This document shows, piece after piece, positions 1 to 8,612 of a DNA stretch of 64,000 bases (the first letter of the stretch is position 1; every line of letters begins with the position of its first letter). The notes beneath the pieces are model-generated. The model saw only the letters and a program-made list of their open reading frames with translations. It searched no databases and was not told the origin of the DNA. Origin of the DNA: an uncultured Gammaproteobacteria bacterium (GTDB lineage Bacteria > Patescibacteriota > Microgenomatia > JALYQM01); assembly GCA_964525495.1 (NCBI GenBank), contig CAZGHS010000003.1, positions 52,022 to 116,021 of the forward strand. The letters run 5' to 3'. The position numbers and the translations under genes are program-made.

Positions 1-764
1 TCTGCCGCGAGTGTGGCTTTTACAATTTCTACATATTCTGTCATACCTCTATTACTTGTGTTAAGAGGGGAGGTTCGTCGTTCCTGGATTGCTTTGAGAA
101 ATTCTTCTTCTGTTAAGGATTTCATATATACTGCGGTGCTTCCGTTACCAACATGATATGCAGAGTGATAGTCAGTGAAGGAAAAGGGAGCTAGATTGAA
201 AATATGATTACGGGAGTGTATTTCGTTTTCTTCTTTTGAACGTGACCAAAAGAGTGCTTGAGCCATCCAATTATACACTTCGATTCCGATATTTTTGTGT
301 AAGTGCTTTGGGATTTTAGTAAGTAATTGCTCAATATAATCTGTTTTGAGTCCATGGAGGACAATGTCAGGGTGAACAAAAACAATAATTGCGTCGTATT
401 GCTCGATGTATTCTTCTATCAAGTCGAGGGGTTGTGGTCTTTTGTTTGGTTTTTTGTAGTGTGCTATGAATTCTTCTGCCTTTTTTCGAATGGGTAATGA
501 AACGAGCATATGACCCTTCGTGGTACTGATTTCTATGCCAGGAATAGGAAGTATCTTCATACTGTGACTGTTTATTTTGTCCGCATAGTCGAGGAAGCGA
601 GGAAGTTTAGATACTAGGTTGTGGTCGGAGAGTCCGACGATTTGCAAACCCTTGGCGACTGCAACATCAATGATTTTTTCTGGTTCATGAAGGCCATCGC
701 TGGCTGTAGAGTGCCCATGACCGTCATACACAAACATTTTGTACCCATTATTGTTTAGGTGCAT
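1..764 (-). CDS. PHP-domain metal-dependent phosphoesterase (3' end outside window)
   Basis: Own translation from ATG 764: MHLNNNGYKMFVYDGHGHSTASDG...GLSDHN...PGIEIST..GH...HP...TDYH, the PHP metal-binding motifs; frame stays open to the window edge; not in the ORF track. Confidence 0.85.
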   Translation of the reverse strand, partial: MHLNNNGYKMFVYDGHGHSTASDGLHEPEKIIDVAVAKGLQIVGLSDHNLVSKLPRFLDYADKINSHSMKILPIPGIEISTTKGHMLVSLPIRKKAEEFIAHYKKPNKRPQPLDLIEEYIEQYDAIIVFVHPDIVLHGLKTDYIEQLLTKIPKHLHKNIGIEVYNWMAQALFWSRSKEENEIHSRNHIFNLAPFSFTDYHSAYHVGNGSTAVYMKSLTEEEFLKAIQERRTSPLNTSNRGMTEYVEIVKATLAA

Positions 765-818
765 GGAAATTATTGTAGGGGATGTTGTTATTAGAAGCAA
801 GTTTAAAGGACACTAGTA

Positions 819-962
819 GATATCTCGTATATTCTTTTTTCTTATTCGAACAAATTCATGACAATACTGTCATATAGGTCATCTGCTCTAACTTCTACAT
901 AAGCGTACTGTTTTTCCTCGATGGAAGTTCTCATTGCGAAAGAAAGAACATACTTCGATATC
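819..962. repeat. Dispersed hairpin element family B, copy 1
   Basis: Shares ATTCTTTTTTCTTATTCGAACAA.TTCATGACA and GGAAGTTCTCATTGCGAAAGAAAGAA with 14143-14291; imperfect terminal inverted repeats. Confidence 0.85.
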
Positions 963-1037
963 ATTCTAATCTTTGATTCACTTTTAACTAATTCGAATTC
1001 GAGTTATAATGGTTTGGTTATAAGAAGGGAGATATTT

Positions 1038-2339
1038 ATGGCAACAATTAGTTCAATTAAAGCTCGGCAAATTTTGGATTCGCGCGGTAATCCAACTGTC
1101 GAGGTAGATGTAATGCTTTCGGATGGTTCGTTTGGGCGAGCAGCAGTTCCGAGTGGAGCTTCGACAGGTGCACTTGAGGCCTTAGAGCTTCGGGACGGGG
1201 ATAAATCAAAGTATGGAGGTAAGGGAGTTTCCAAGGCTGTTGAGAATGTTAATACGACATTGAAAGATTTGCTTTCTGGAATGGATGTATCGGATCAGCG
1301 CGCTATTGATCAGAAAATGATCGATGCGGATGGTACAGAGCATAAATCACAACTGGGAGCGAACGCGATCTTGGGTGTTTCTTTAGCTGTGTGTCGTGCG
1401 GCGGCTGCATCAGCTAAGAAACCTTTATACGTATGGGTTCGTGAAGTGTTTGGTTTGAGCTATGACTCATGGATGATGCCGACACCAATGATGAATATTA
1501 TTAATGGTGGAAAGCATGCCGAAGGTTCGACAGATATCCAGGAGTTTATGATTTTGCCTACAGGTGCTTCGTCTATGAGTGAAGCAATCCGGTATGGAGC
1601 TGAAATTTTTCATTCACTAAAGAAAGTTCTTTTATCTCATGGTTACACCACTGAGGTAGGAGATGAAGGCGGTTATGCACCTATTTTGGGGGGCAATAAG
1701 CGAGCGTTTGAAATGATATCAGAAGCTGTAGAGAAAGCTGGGTATGTTTTGGGTAAGGATGTTTATGTTGCGGTAGATGTTGCTGCTTCTTCTTTCTATG
1801 AAAACGGGAGCTATAATTTAGCTACTGAAAATAAGGTTGTAAATCCTCAGGAATTGAGCAGCTTGTATGAGGAATGGTGTTCACAGTATCCAATAATTTC
1901 TATTGAGGATCCATTTTTTGAGGAAGATATGCCAACGACTAGTGCGTTGACTGCAAAGATTGGTAATACGACTCAGATAGTTGGGGACGACCTTTTTGTT
2001 ACAAATGTTACATTGTTGCAAAAGGGTATTGATGAAAAATCTGGAAATGCAATTTTGATTAAAGTAAACCAGATTGGAAGTTTAACTGAGACAGTAGATG
2101 CTGTATTGCTTGCACAGAAGTCTGGATTTAATACGGTGATGTCGCACCGATCAGGGGAGACTGAAGATACTACTATCGCTGATTTGGCTGTTGCATTGAA
2201 TTGTGGACAAATTAAAACAGGTTCATTATCACGATCGGATCGAGTTGCGAAATATAATCAGTTGATTCGAATTGCTGAAGAGCTCGGTGACAAAGCTGTT
2301 TATGCAGGTATGAAACCATTTGAAAAATATAATCGATAG
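1038..2339 (+). CDS. eno: Enolase (phosphopyruvate hydratase)
   Basis: DSRGNPTVE, VPSGASTG, GDEGG, SHRSGETED, KYNQL motifs; start moved to ATG 1038 after SD-like AAGGGAG. Confidence 0.98.
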   Translation: MATISSIKARQILDSRGNPTVEVDVMLSDGSFGRAAVPSGASTGALEALELRDGDKSKYGGKGVSKAVENVNTTLKDLLSGMDVSDQRAIDQKMIDADGTEHKSQLGANAILGVSLAVCRAAAASAKKPLYVWVREVFGLSYDSWMMPTPMMNIINGGKHAEGSTDIQEFMILPTGASSMSEAIRYGAEIFHSLKKVLLSHGYTTEVGDEGGYAPILGGNKRAFEMISEAVEKAGYVLGKDVYVAVDVAASSFYENGSYNLATENKVVNPQELSSLYEEWCSQYPIISIEDPFFEEDMPTTSALTAKIGNTTQIVGDDLFVTNVTLLQKGIDEKSGNAILIKVNQIGSLTETVDAVLLAQKSGFNTVMSHRSGETEDTTIADLAVALNCGQIKTGSLSRSDRVAKYNQLIRIAEELGDKAVYAGMKPFEKYNR

Positions 2340-2360
2340 TTTGGTTTGTATATACAAAAA

Positions 2361-2390
2361 GAAAAGCCTCGAGAGATCGAGGCTTTTTTC
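2361..2390. terminator. Bidirectional intrinsic terminator
   Basis: AAAAGCCTCGA-GAGA-TCGAGGCTTTTTT between convergent genes. Confidence 0.85.
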
Positions 2391-2410
2391 GTAGACGATG
2401 TTATTTATAT

Positions 2411-3313
2411 CTAAATCTTTGGAGTAACCGATGGTTTTGCTGTAGCGCTTGGCTTCGTTGTGGCTTTGCTTGATGCGCTTGGGGTCGCTGAAGCAGCTGG
2501 CTTCGTAGTGGCTGCTGACTTTACTGCTGCAGTTGGTGATGCTATCGGATTTGTAGACGCTGAGCTAGATGATTCACGGATTTCACGAAGTAATCCTGCT
2601 GCTCGTCCTGGAATTGCGAGAACTCGAGTCGCATAGTTGACGTTATTTTGTGTGTAGTAGGTAAGTGTAACCCGGTCGCCAATTTTGATGTCACTTAGTT
2701 TAGGTGCTTCAACATCTTTTACTGTTACTGCTGTGTTTGCATTAAGAGTAAGTTCTTCTTCATCATTTTGTGATGGGCTTTTTACTGATATGGTGAAAGC
2801 TGAGCCGGAAGCTTCTCGATTAGATACAGTCCCGTATAGTGCACTTTTTTCCTGATCAACTGTTTTCTTGGTGATTACAAGTATGTGCTGCGCGAGCAAT
2901 GACTTACCATCGGTTGTAACCTGACCAACTACTATAACTTTATCTGTTACTTTGAGTCGTGCAACTGTAGTAACCGTTTTTCGTGTTGCATCGTAGGCAA
3001 ATACTTTTGTTTTTTTGTCAGTATCTACATTTTTGTCGCCCTCGTTTGTTTTAACTAAGAATTTGCCAATAGCGCTTGGTGTGGCACTGACCTCACCTTT
3101 GTATACTACTATCTTGCTTGATGCAGCTACGGCTCCTGTTGAAGCTTGTGGTGCTGTTGTTGCTGCTTTTACTGCGCCTTTAGCTGTTGGTGAAGAAAAG
3201 TCTTCTTCAGGAAGTGTTTTGTTTTCTAATGCAGCAACGGGAACTATAGAAGATACGATAAGTACAAAGAAAATAATAGTAAAGATACCAGAATAAGACT
3301 TTTTGATATTCAT
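2411..3313 (-). CDS. Secreted protein with two DUF5666-like beta repeats and a Ser/Thr/Ala/Pro/Lys-rich tail
   Basis: N-terminal signal peptide; repeats LKVTDKVIVVG and IKIGDRVTLTY; low-complexity C-terminus. Confidence 0.6.
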   Translation of the reverse strand: MNIKKSYSGIFTIIFFVLIVSSIVPVAALENKTLPEEDFSSPTAKGAVKAATTAPQASTGAVAASSKIVVYKGEVSATPSAIGKFLVKTNEGDKNVDTDKKTKVFAYDATRKTVTTVARLKVTDKVIVVGQVTTDGKSLLAQHILVITKKTVDQEKSALYGTVSNREASGSAFTISVKSPSQNDEEELTLNANTAVTVKDVEAPKLSDIKIGDRVTLTYYTQNNVNYATRVLAIPGRAAGLLREIRESSSSASTNPIASPTAAVKSAATTKPAASATPSASSKATTKPSATAKPSVTPKI

Positions 3314-3771
3314 TAACCCTCCAAAACCGCGTACACTGTCTTCGTTACTGATTTCTGTTGTCCAGCTTGATCGAATACTGTAATATTTAAAATATTTTCG
3401 CCGTCTTTCAGTGTTACATCGAGCGCGAATGATCCGTCTGCGTTGGTTTCACCAATGACATCTTGAGCACCGCCTGTAATAGTAACTGTTGTGCCCGGCT
3501 TTGAAGCACCTGCAATCTTTACTGTTGTTGTATTAATGAATGAGTTGTCTTCAGGTGATGCAACTGTTACTTTGAGTGCTTCGTTTGTAGTCCCTTGTGG
3601 TTTAGCTGCTTCTGTTTTTGGAGCGTCTTGAGGTTTGTATTTTGTTGCTTCAAGATTAAACTCTTTAGTTTTTGATTGTGATGTCCACAGAAAAACTCCG
3701 AGCGCAGCAATAAAAACAGAAACAAATATTCCTAAATAAATAAGATATGATGGGGTGCCTTGTTCACTCAT
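3313..3771 (-). CDS. Membrane-anchored Ig-like domain protein
   Basis: One TM helix, then VASPEDNS...G.T.PG..V.I...DGSF...L.DGEN...DQAG; ATG 3771 preferred because GTG 3780 abuts the -10 box. Confidence 0.7.
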   Translation of the reverse strand: MSEQGTPSYLIYLGIFVSVFIAALGVFLWTSQSKTKEFNLEATKYKPQDAPKTEAAKPQGTTNEALKVTVASPEDNSFINTTTVKIAGASKPGTTVTITGGAQDVIGETNADGSFALDVTLKDGENILNITVFDQAGQQKSVTKTVYAVLEG

Positions 3772-3780
3772 GTAGTTCAC

Positions 3781-3809
3781 ATAGTATTAGTATAGGTGGA
3801 TGTTGTCAA
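3781..3809 (-). promoter_or_regulatory. Sigma70-type promoter TTGACA-N17-TACTAT
   Basis: Near-consensus boxes with 17-nt spacing on the minus strand. Confidence 0.7.
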
Positions 3810-3857
3810 GTTGGCCTGGGAGATGTATAAAGATTAAGAGAAAGGTTTTATGACTTT

Positions 3858-4493
3858 ATGGATATTTCGTGGTTTGGACAATCTTACTTTAAGTTAAAAG
3901 GGAAAAGCGCTAGTGTCGTAATGGATCCGTTTGATCCAGAATTTGTTGGACTGAAAAAAGTTAAACAGAATGCTGACATCGTAACGATTTCTCACCCACA
4001 TCAAGATCATAATAATGTTGAGATGATTGAAGGAGAGCCATTTGTAATTCGTGGCGCAGGAGAATACGAAGTAAAAGGTGTTCGTATTCAGGGTATTCAA
4101 ACATTTCATGATACAAAGCAGGGAAAAGATCGAGGTATTAATACAATGTTCGTGATGGATATTGATGGAATAGTGGTTTGTCATTGTGGCGATTTGGGTC
4201 ATGAGCTGACTGATGCGCAATTGGAAGAATTACCGGATATAGATGTGTTGTTGATTCCTGTTGGTGGTATCTACACTATTGATCCTGCTGGCGCATCGAA
4301 GGTGATCGCGCAAGTAGAACCTAAAGTTGTTATCCCAATGCACTATAAAGTTCCTGGTTTAAAAATTGAATTGGGAACACTTGATGAGTTCTTACATGCA
4401 TATGGTAAGGGTTCAGTAACTCCTGTAAATAAATATTCTATTACTAAAGATAAGTTGCCTGAGAATGAAGAAATTGTTGTCTTAGAGATGTAA
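3858..4493 (+). CDS. MBL-fold metallo-hydrolase
   Basis: SHPHQDH, HCGDLG and IPMHY motifs. Confidence 0.9.
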   Translation: MDISWFGQSYFKLKGKSASVVMDPFDPEFVGLKKVKQNADIVTISHPHQDHNNVEMIEGEPFVIRGAGEYEVKGVRIQGIQTFHDTKQGKDRGINTMFVMDIDGIVVCHCGDLGHELTDAQLEELPDIDVLLIPVGGIYTIDPAGASKVIAQVEPKVVIPMHYKVPGLKIELGTLDEFLHAYGKGSVTPVNKYSITKDKLPENEEIVVLEM

Positions 4494-4501
4494 CTTGTTA
4501 T

Positions 4502-4587
4502 TTTTGAAAACCTTTTTGTCCACATTTTTTCCGTTAAGTCCAGAGGGACAACCACTACAAAAATGTGCACTGCAGCGGTTTTCAAAA
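4502..4587 (+). repeat. Dispersed hairpin element family A, copy 1
   Basis: Core of about 68 nt nearly identical to the reverse complement of 11891-11977; outer stem TTTTGAAAACC/GGTTTTCAAAA. Confidence 0.92.
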
Positions 4588-4603
4588 TTTTTAGAAAGTA
4601 ATT

Positions 4604-5920
4604 ATGGATAGAGTTCCTCCCCAAAATATAGAGGCAGAGCAGTCTGTACTTGGATCGCTTTTGCTTTCGCCGGATGCGATTGTTGAAGTTGCAGAGATTT
4701 TGCGTCCTCATCATTTTTATCGTGAAGAGCAGCATGGTCAGATCTATGCGTGTATGTTGAATTTGTATGAACGACGAGAACCTATCGATGTAATCACGTT
4801 GACTGAAGAGTTGAATAAAAAAGAAGCGTATGAAAAAGTAGGAGGTGCATCCTATATATCGCTGCTTGCTTCGATGGTGCCAACTGCTGCAAACGTCGTG
4901 CGCTATGCAAAAATTGTAAAAGATCACTATACCAAGCGAGAGTTGATTAGTTCTGCAAATAAAATTTCTGAACTAGCGTTTTCGCCACAGAATGAAGTGC
5001 CAATGGTTTTGGATTCTGCTGAGCAGATGGTATTTCGTCTTTCGCAGGAAAGTACTAACACAGACTTTGTTCCTATCCGCGATACCTTGGCTGAGTCATT
5101 TGATCGACTTGACGAGCTTCACAAAAATGCAGGGAAACTACGTGGTGTTCCGACTGGCTTTCGGGACTTGGATAATAAATTAGCAGGGCTTCAGGACTCA
5201 GCGTTGATTGTGTTAGCAGCTCGTCCTGGTACTGGTAAAACTGCTTTGGCTCTTAATATAGCCCAAACCGCAGCTATTCGATATAAGATCCCCGTGGGAT
5301 TTTTCTCTTTGGAAATGTCAAAGGAAGAACTGACGGATCGGTTGCTTTCTATTCAATCTTTGGTTGATTCATGGAATATAAAGACTGGACGGCTGGAAGA
5401 TGCGGACTGGGAAAAACTGCAGGAGGCAATGGGGGAACTAGCTGAAGCTCCTTTGTATATAGATGACACACCTGGAATCTCGATTATGGAGATGCGCACT
5501 AAGGCTCGTCGTTTACAGATGGAGAAGGGTTTAAAGCTTTTGATCGTGGATTATTTGCAGTTGGTGCAGGGACGTACTAAAGATAATCGTGTGCAAGAAG
5601 TGTCTGAAATTTCTCAAGGTTTGAAAAACTTGGCTCGTGAATTGAAGATACCTGTGTTAGCGCTTGGTCAGCTTTCGCGCGCTGTAGAACAGCGAACTGG
5701 TTCGAGCAAAGCACCGCAGCTATCAGATCTTCGTGAATCTGGTGCGATCGAGCAAGATGCCGACGTCGTTATGTTTTTATATAAAGAAGATCCTGAGAAT
5801 CCAGAATTTATCAAGCTGAGTATTGCGAAACATCGTGCTGGATCGGTCGGCGATATCGATTTGATCTTTAAGGGAGCACGACAGCGTTTTTATGGAGTGG
5901 AGAAGAAACGGCCAACGTAA
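4604..5920 (+). CDS. dnaB: Replicative DNA helicase
   Basis: PPQNIEAEQSVLG, ARPGTGKT, FSLEM, DYLQL, DLRESGAIEQDAD. Confidence 0.98.
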   Translation: MDRVPPQNIEAEQSVLGSLLLSPDAIVEVAEILRPHHFYREEQHGQIYACMLNLYERREPIDVITLTEELNKKEAYEKVGGASYISLLASMVPTAANVVRYAKIVKDHYTKRELISSANKISELAFSPQNEVPMVLDSAEQMVFRLSQESTNTDFVPIRDTLAESFDRLDELHKNAGKLRGVPTGFRDLDNKLAGLQDSALIVLAARPGTGKTALALNIAQTAAIRYKIPVGFFSLEMSKEELTDRLLSIQSLVDSWNIKTGRLEDADWEKLQEAMGELAEAPLYIDDTPGISIMEMRTKARRLQMEKGLKLLIVDYLQLVQGRTKDNRVQEVSEISQGLKNLARELKIPVLALGQLSRAVEQRTGSSKAPQLSDLRESGAIEQDADVVMFLYKEDPENPEFIKLSIAKHRAGSVGDIDLIFKGARQRFYGVEKKRPT

Positions 5921-5932
5921 TACGATAGATGT

Positions 5933-6415
5933 ATGGAAGAATCTGAGAGAATAGACCGATTATCTGTTCAGGGATTGGTTGATAGATTTAAGAATAAAGA
6001 AAACCCAAACGAACAAACTCGTGAACTAGGGAGAATAATGTATGAGATTTATGATCGCATGCATATTTCTGATCAACGTGTTTTGGATGCCTCTATTAGT
6101 ATGGAGACTACTACTGCATTTGCCGAGGGTTTTTTAAGAAAATGGAGTCCTGTCTCAGACAAAGAGCTAGCTAGTCGGAATCCAGAATCTCCAACAGGAA
6201 TATCAGAGATTGCGGGCGAGGCAGTGAGAGATGGGATTCTTGGAGATCGAAATTCTGATGGCGCTAAAATAGTTGAGGGACTTACTCAGTATTTAAGAGA
6301 AGCAACTCAGAGTCATGATGCTAATATTTCGTTCGCGCAAGGCTTTTTTAAGCCAATTATTGAAGCTCGACAACTAGAATTCAATTTAATGAATCCACCA
6401 AAATCTAAATCATAA
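5933..6415 (+). CDS. Hypothetical protein
   Basis: 160-aa ORF filling the gap between dnaB and tRNA-Leu; no motif recognised. Confidence 0.6.
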   Translation: MEESERIDRLSVQGLVDRFKNKENPNEQTRELGRIMYEIYDRMHISDQRVLDASISMETTTAFAEGFLRKWSPVSDKELASRNPESPTGISEIAGEAVRDGILGDRNSDGAKIVEGLTQYLREATQSHDANISFAQGFFKPIIEARQLEFNLMNPPKSKS

Positions 6416-6417
6416 TG

Positions 6418-6501
6418 TGCCGGGGGAGGGAGTCGAACCCTCACATGGTTTACCCATATTGGTTTTTGAGACCAACGCGTCTGCCATTCCGCCACCCCGG
6501 C
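6418..6501 (-). tRNA. tRNA-Leu(CAA)
   Basis: GCCGGGG acceptor stem, D arm GGCGGAATGGCAGACGC, anticodon arm TTGGT-CTCAAAA-ACCAA, long variable arm, GGTTCGACTCC; CCA not encoded. Confidence 0.95.
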
Positions 6502-6581
6502 GAACTATGGGAGATTTTACCAGTTTTCCATGCTATTGTCATCTTGCTGACAGGTTGATCTTTACCCTATATAATACCTGC

Positions 6582-7352
6582 ATGTATCCAGTCCTCTTTA
6601 AACTTGGCCCATTTGTAATCTATACCTATGGTTTTGCCCTTACTATAGCGGTTATCGTTGCTACTTTCCTGATATGGAGACGAGCACGCAAACTCGGATA
6701 TAACGAAGAAAACGTCATTGATATGATACTTTTTTCTTTGTTTATAGCTTTGATTACTTCTCGTCTTGTGTATGTGGTCACGCATTTCAACCAATTTGGG
6801 TGGGAGTTCCTTAAAATTGTTTTGATCACCTATTTCCCAGGGCTTGATGGAGCGGCAGCGTTTGCGGGTGGTTTGCTTGGCTTTTTGATATTTGCGCTTA
6901 TGAAACACTGGAATTTGGTGAGGATTTTTGATTGTGTTGTGAAAGGGTTGAGCCTTGGCATGTTTATTGTGATGATCGGTGCTTTTTTTGCAGCGTCATA
7001 TGTCGGCATCCCGGCTTCAGGGCCGTTAGGCGTGATTATTCCTGGTTTTACTGAACCTCGTCATCCGGTTGCGCTTTATTATGCTGCTGTTAGTATCTTT
7101 ATTTATGTTTTGCTTGTTGTCCTCGACAGAACACAGAAACCTGATGGATTATTGTCTAGTGTGTTCTTTATTTTTTCCGGAATTGCCTTTATAGTTTTTG
7201 AATGGTATACAGAAGGCGGACCTGTTTTAGGATCTATTCATTTGACACAGTTTACCGGATTTATTAGTATTTTGATTGGTGGATTTCTTCTATTCCGTAT
7301 ATTTCAGAAGAGCCGGTCGACACATACCTTACTTGAAAGGGGTATTTCATGA
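6582..7352 (+). CDS. lgt: Prolipoprotein diacylglyceryl transferase-like protein (divergent)
   Basis: MYPVLFKLGPFVIYTYG N-terminus, multi-TM, PRHPVALY; clustered with lspA; track start 6417 overlaps the tRNA, so ATG 6582 used. Confidence 0.8.
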   Translation: MYPVLFKLGPFVIYTYGFALTIAVIVATFLIWRRARKLGYNEENVIDMILFSLFIALITSRLVYVVTHFNQFGWEFLKIVLITYFPGLDGAAAFAGGLLGFLIFALMKHWNLVRIFDCVVKGLSLGMFIVMIGAFFAASYVGIPASGPLGVIIPGFTEPRHPVALYYAAVSIFIYVLLVVLDRTQKPDGLLSSVFFIFSGIAFIVFEWYTEGGPVLGSIHLTQFTGFISILIGGFLLFRIFQKSRSTHTLLERGIS

Positions 7353-7732
7353 TACGTCAGGATTTAGTTAGCGATATTCGCAAAAAATTAGAAGCACAAA
7401 AAGAGAGTTGTATTGCACGATTGGACGAGTTGGAAAAGAGTGATCCCTTCAATCTCGATCAAACTCGTGATGTTGATGACGACCGCACATCACCTGATGA
7501 TGAAGCGCAATTAAATGAACAGCACGAACGAATTGCTTCTCAGATGGAAGCTCAGAAAAAAATGATAGTGCGTATTGATGGAGCTATGGGACGCATCGCT
7601 GATGGTACCTACGGCGTGTGCGAGATCTGCGGAAAAGATATTGAAGAGTCTCGTTTGCATGCAATGCCTTTAGCTTCTTTGTGTTTACAGGATGAAAAGT
7701 CTGCTGAAAAACGTATTAAGAAAATTGCATAA
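7349..7732 (+). CDS. TraR/DksA family zinc-finger protein
   Basis: Coiled coil followed by GTYGVCEICG..I...RL.AMP.A.LC. Confidence 0.9.
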   Translation: MIRQDLVSDIRKKLEAQKESCIARLDELEKSDPFNLDQTRDVDDDRTSPDDEAQLNEQHERIASQMEAQKKMIVRIDGAMGRIADGTYGVCEICGKDIEESRLHAMPLASLCLQDEKSAEKRIKKIA

Positions 7733-8192
7733 TTATTTCCCCAATCCACGTATTGGAGCACTAACAGTTTTTGTTGTGTGTGTATTGCTAGATCAACTAT
7801 CTAAAATAATTGTACTAAAGTCGGGTGTCTTGCCTGTGTATTTTAATAGGACAGTGGCATTTTCTTTGCCGATCCCGTGGTATCTTCCTTGGATAGTGAT
7901 GATAGCTGGAGGTACAGGATATTTGTTGATGAGCAATCGGTATGCAGAATCAAAAGCGTTTTTGATACAGTTTTCTTCTCGTTATTCGACGACTTTGTTT
8001 GTTGCTGTGCTAATATCTGCAGGAGCGATTTCAAATTTGATCGATCGGTTTTTTTATAACGGCAGTGTTGTAGATTTTATTAATGTGCATTATTGGCCAG
8101 TATTTAATTTCGCTGATTCATTTATCGTGTGCGGCCTCTTGTTATTTGTGTATACTTCTTATATAAAATCAGATATACCAAATAAAAAATAG
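7692..8192 (+). CDS. lspA: Lipoprotein signal peptidase II
   Basis: LDQLSK, GAISNLIDR, VVDFI, VFNFAD; exact start uncertain (TTG 7725 possible). Confidence 0.9.
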   Translation: MKSLLKNVLRKLHNYFPNPRIGALTVFVVCVLLDQLSKIIVLKSGVLPVYFNRTVAFSLPIPWYLPWIVMIAGGTGYLLMSNRYAESKAFLIQFSSRYSTTLFVAVLISAGAISNLIDRFFYNGSVVDFINVHYWPVFNFADSFIVCGLLLFVYTSYIKSDIPNKK

Positions 8193-8200
8193 GAGAGTAT

Positions 8201-8578
8201 ATGGCTACAAAAATTTTGTTAATTGAGGATGATCAACTTTTACGTGAGATGTATAACGAGCTTTTGACAGACGAGGGTCTTGAAGTAACTGCATGTGTTG
8301 ATGGTGAAGAGGGCTACAATAAAGCTGTTGAAGGTGGTTTTGATTTAGTGCTACTTGATATCATGCTTCCAAAAATGGATGGCTTGCAGGTTTTGAAGAC
8401 TTTGAAAGATAAAGATCAGTTAAAAAAGAATGGTCCAGTTGTTTTGTTAACAAATCTTGGACAAGATAATATCGTGAAGCAGGGTTTTGATCTAGGTGCT
8501 ACAGGCTATTTGATAAAGAGCTCAATGACTCCAGATCAAGTATTGCATGAAGTACGCACATTTCTAAAGAAGCAATAA
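8201..8578 (+). CDS. Single-domain response regulator (receiver)
   Basis: IEDD, LLDIMLPKMDG, LTN, YLIK. Confidence 0.92.
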   Translation: MATKILLIEDDQLLREMYNELLTDEGLEVTACVDGEEGYNKAVEGGFDLVLLDIMLPKMDGLQVLKTLKDKDQLKKNGPVVLLTNLGQDNIVKQGFDLGATGYLIKSSMTPDQVLHEVRTFLKKQ

Positions 8579-8612
8579 GACAAAATTTGCTTAGTTATGA
8601 GATAATTGCTTC

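Noticed and set aside
921-1037. 39-aa N-terminal extension of enolase in the ORF track
   Set aside because: It begins inside repeat element B; enolase homology and the SD start at ATG 1038
4343-4927. Long antisense ORFs (4343-4927, 9364-9993, 19030-19566, 38592-39218, 51359-51880 and similar)
   Set aside because: Shadows of well-supported genes on the other strand, with no motifs
6417-6581. N-terminal extension of lgt and ORF 6313-6495
   Set aside because: Both overlap tRNA-Leu(CAA); the Lgt-like sequence begins at 6582
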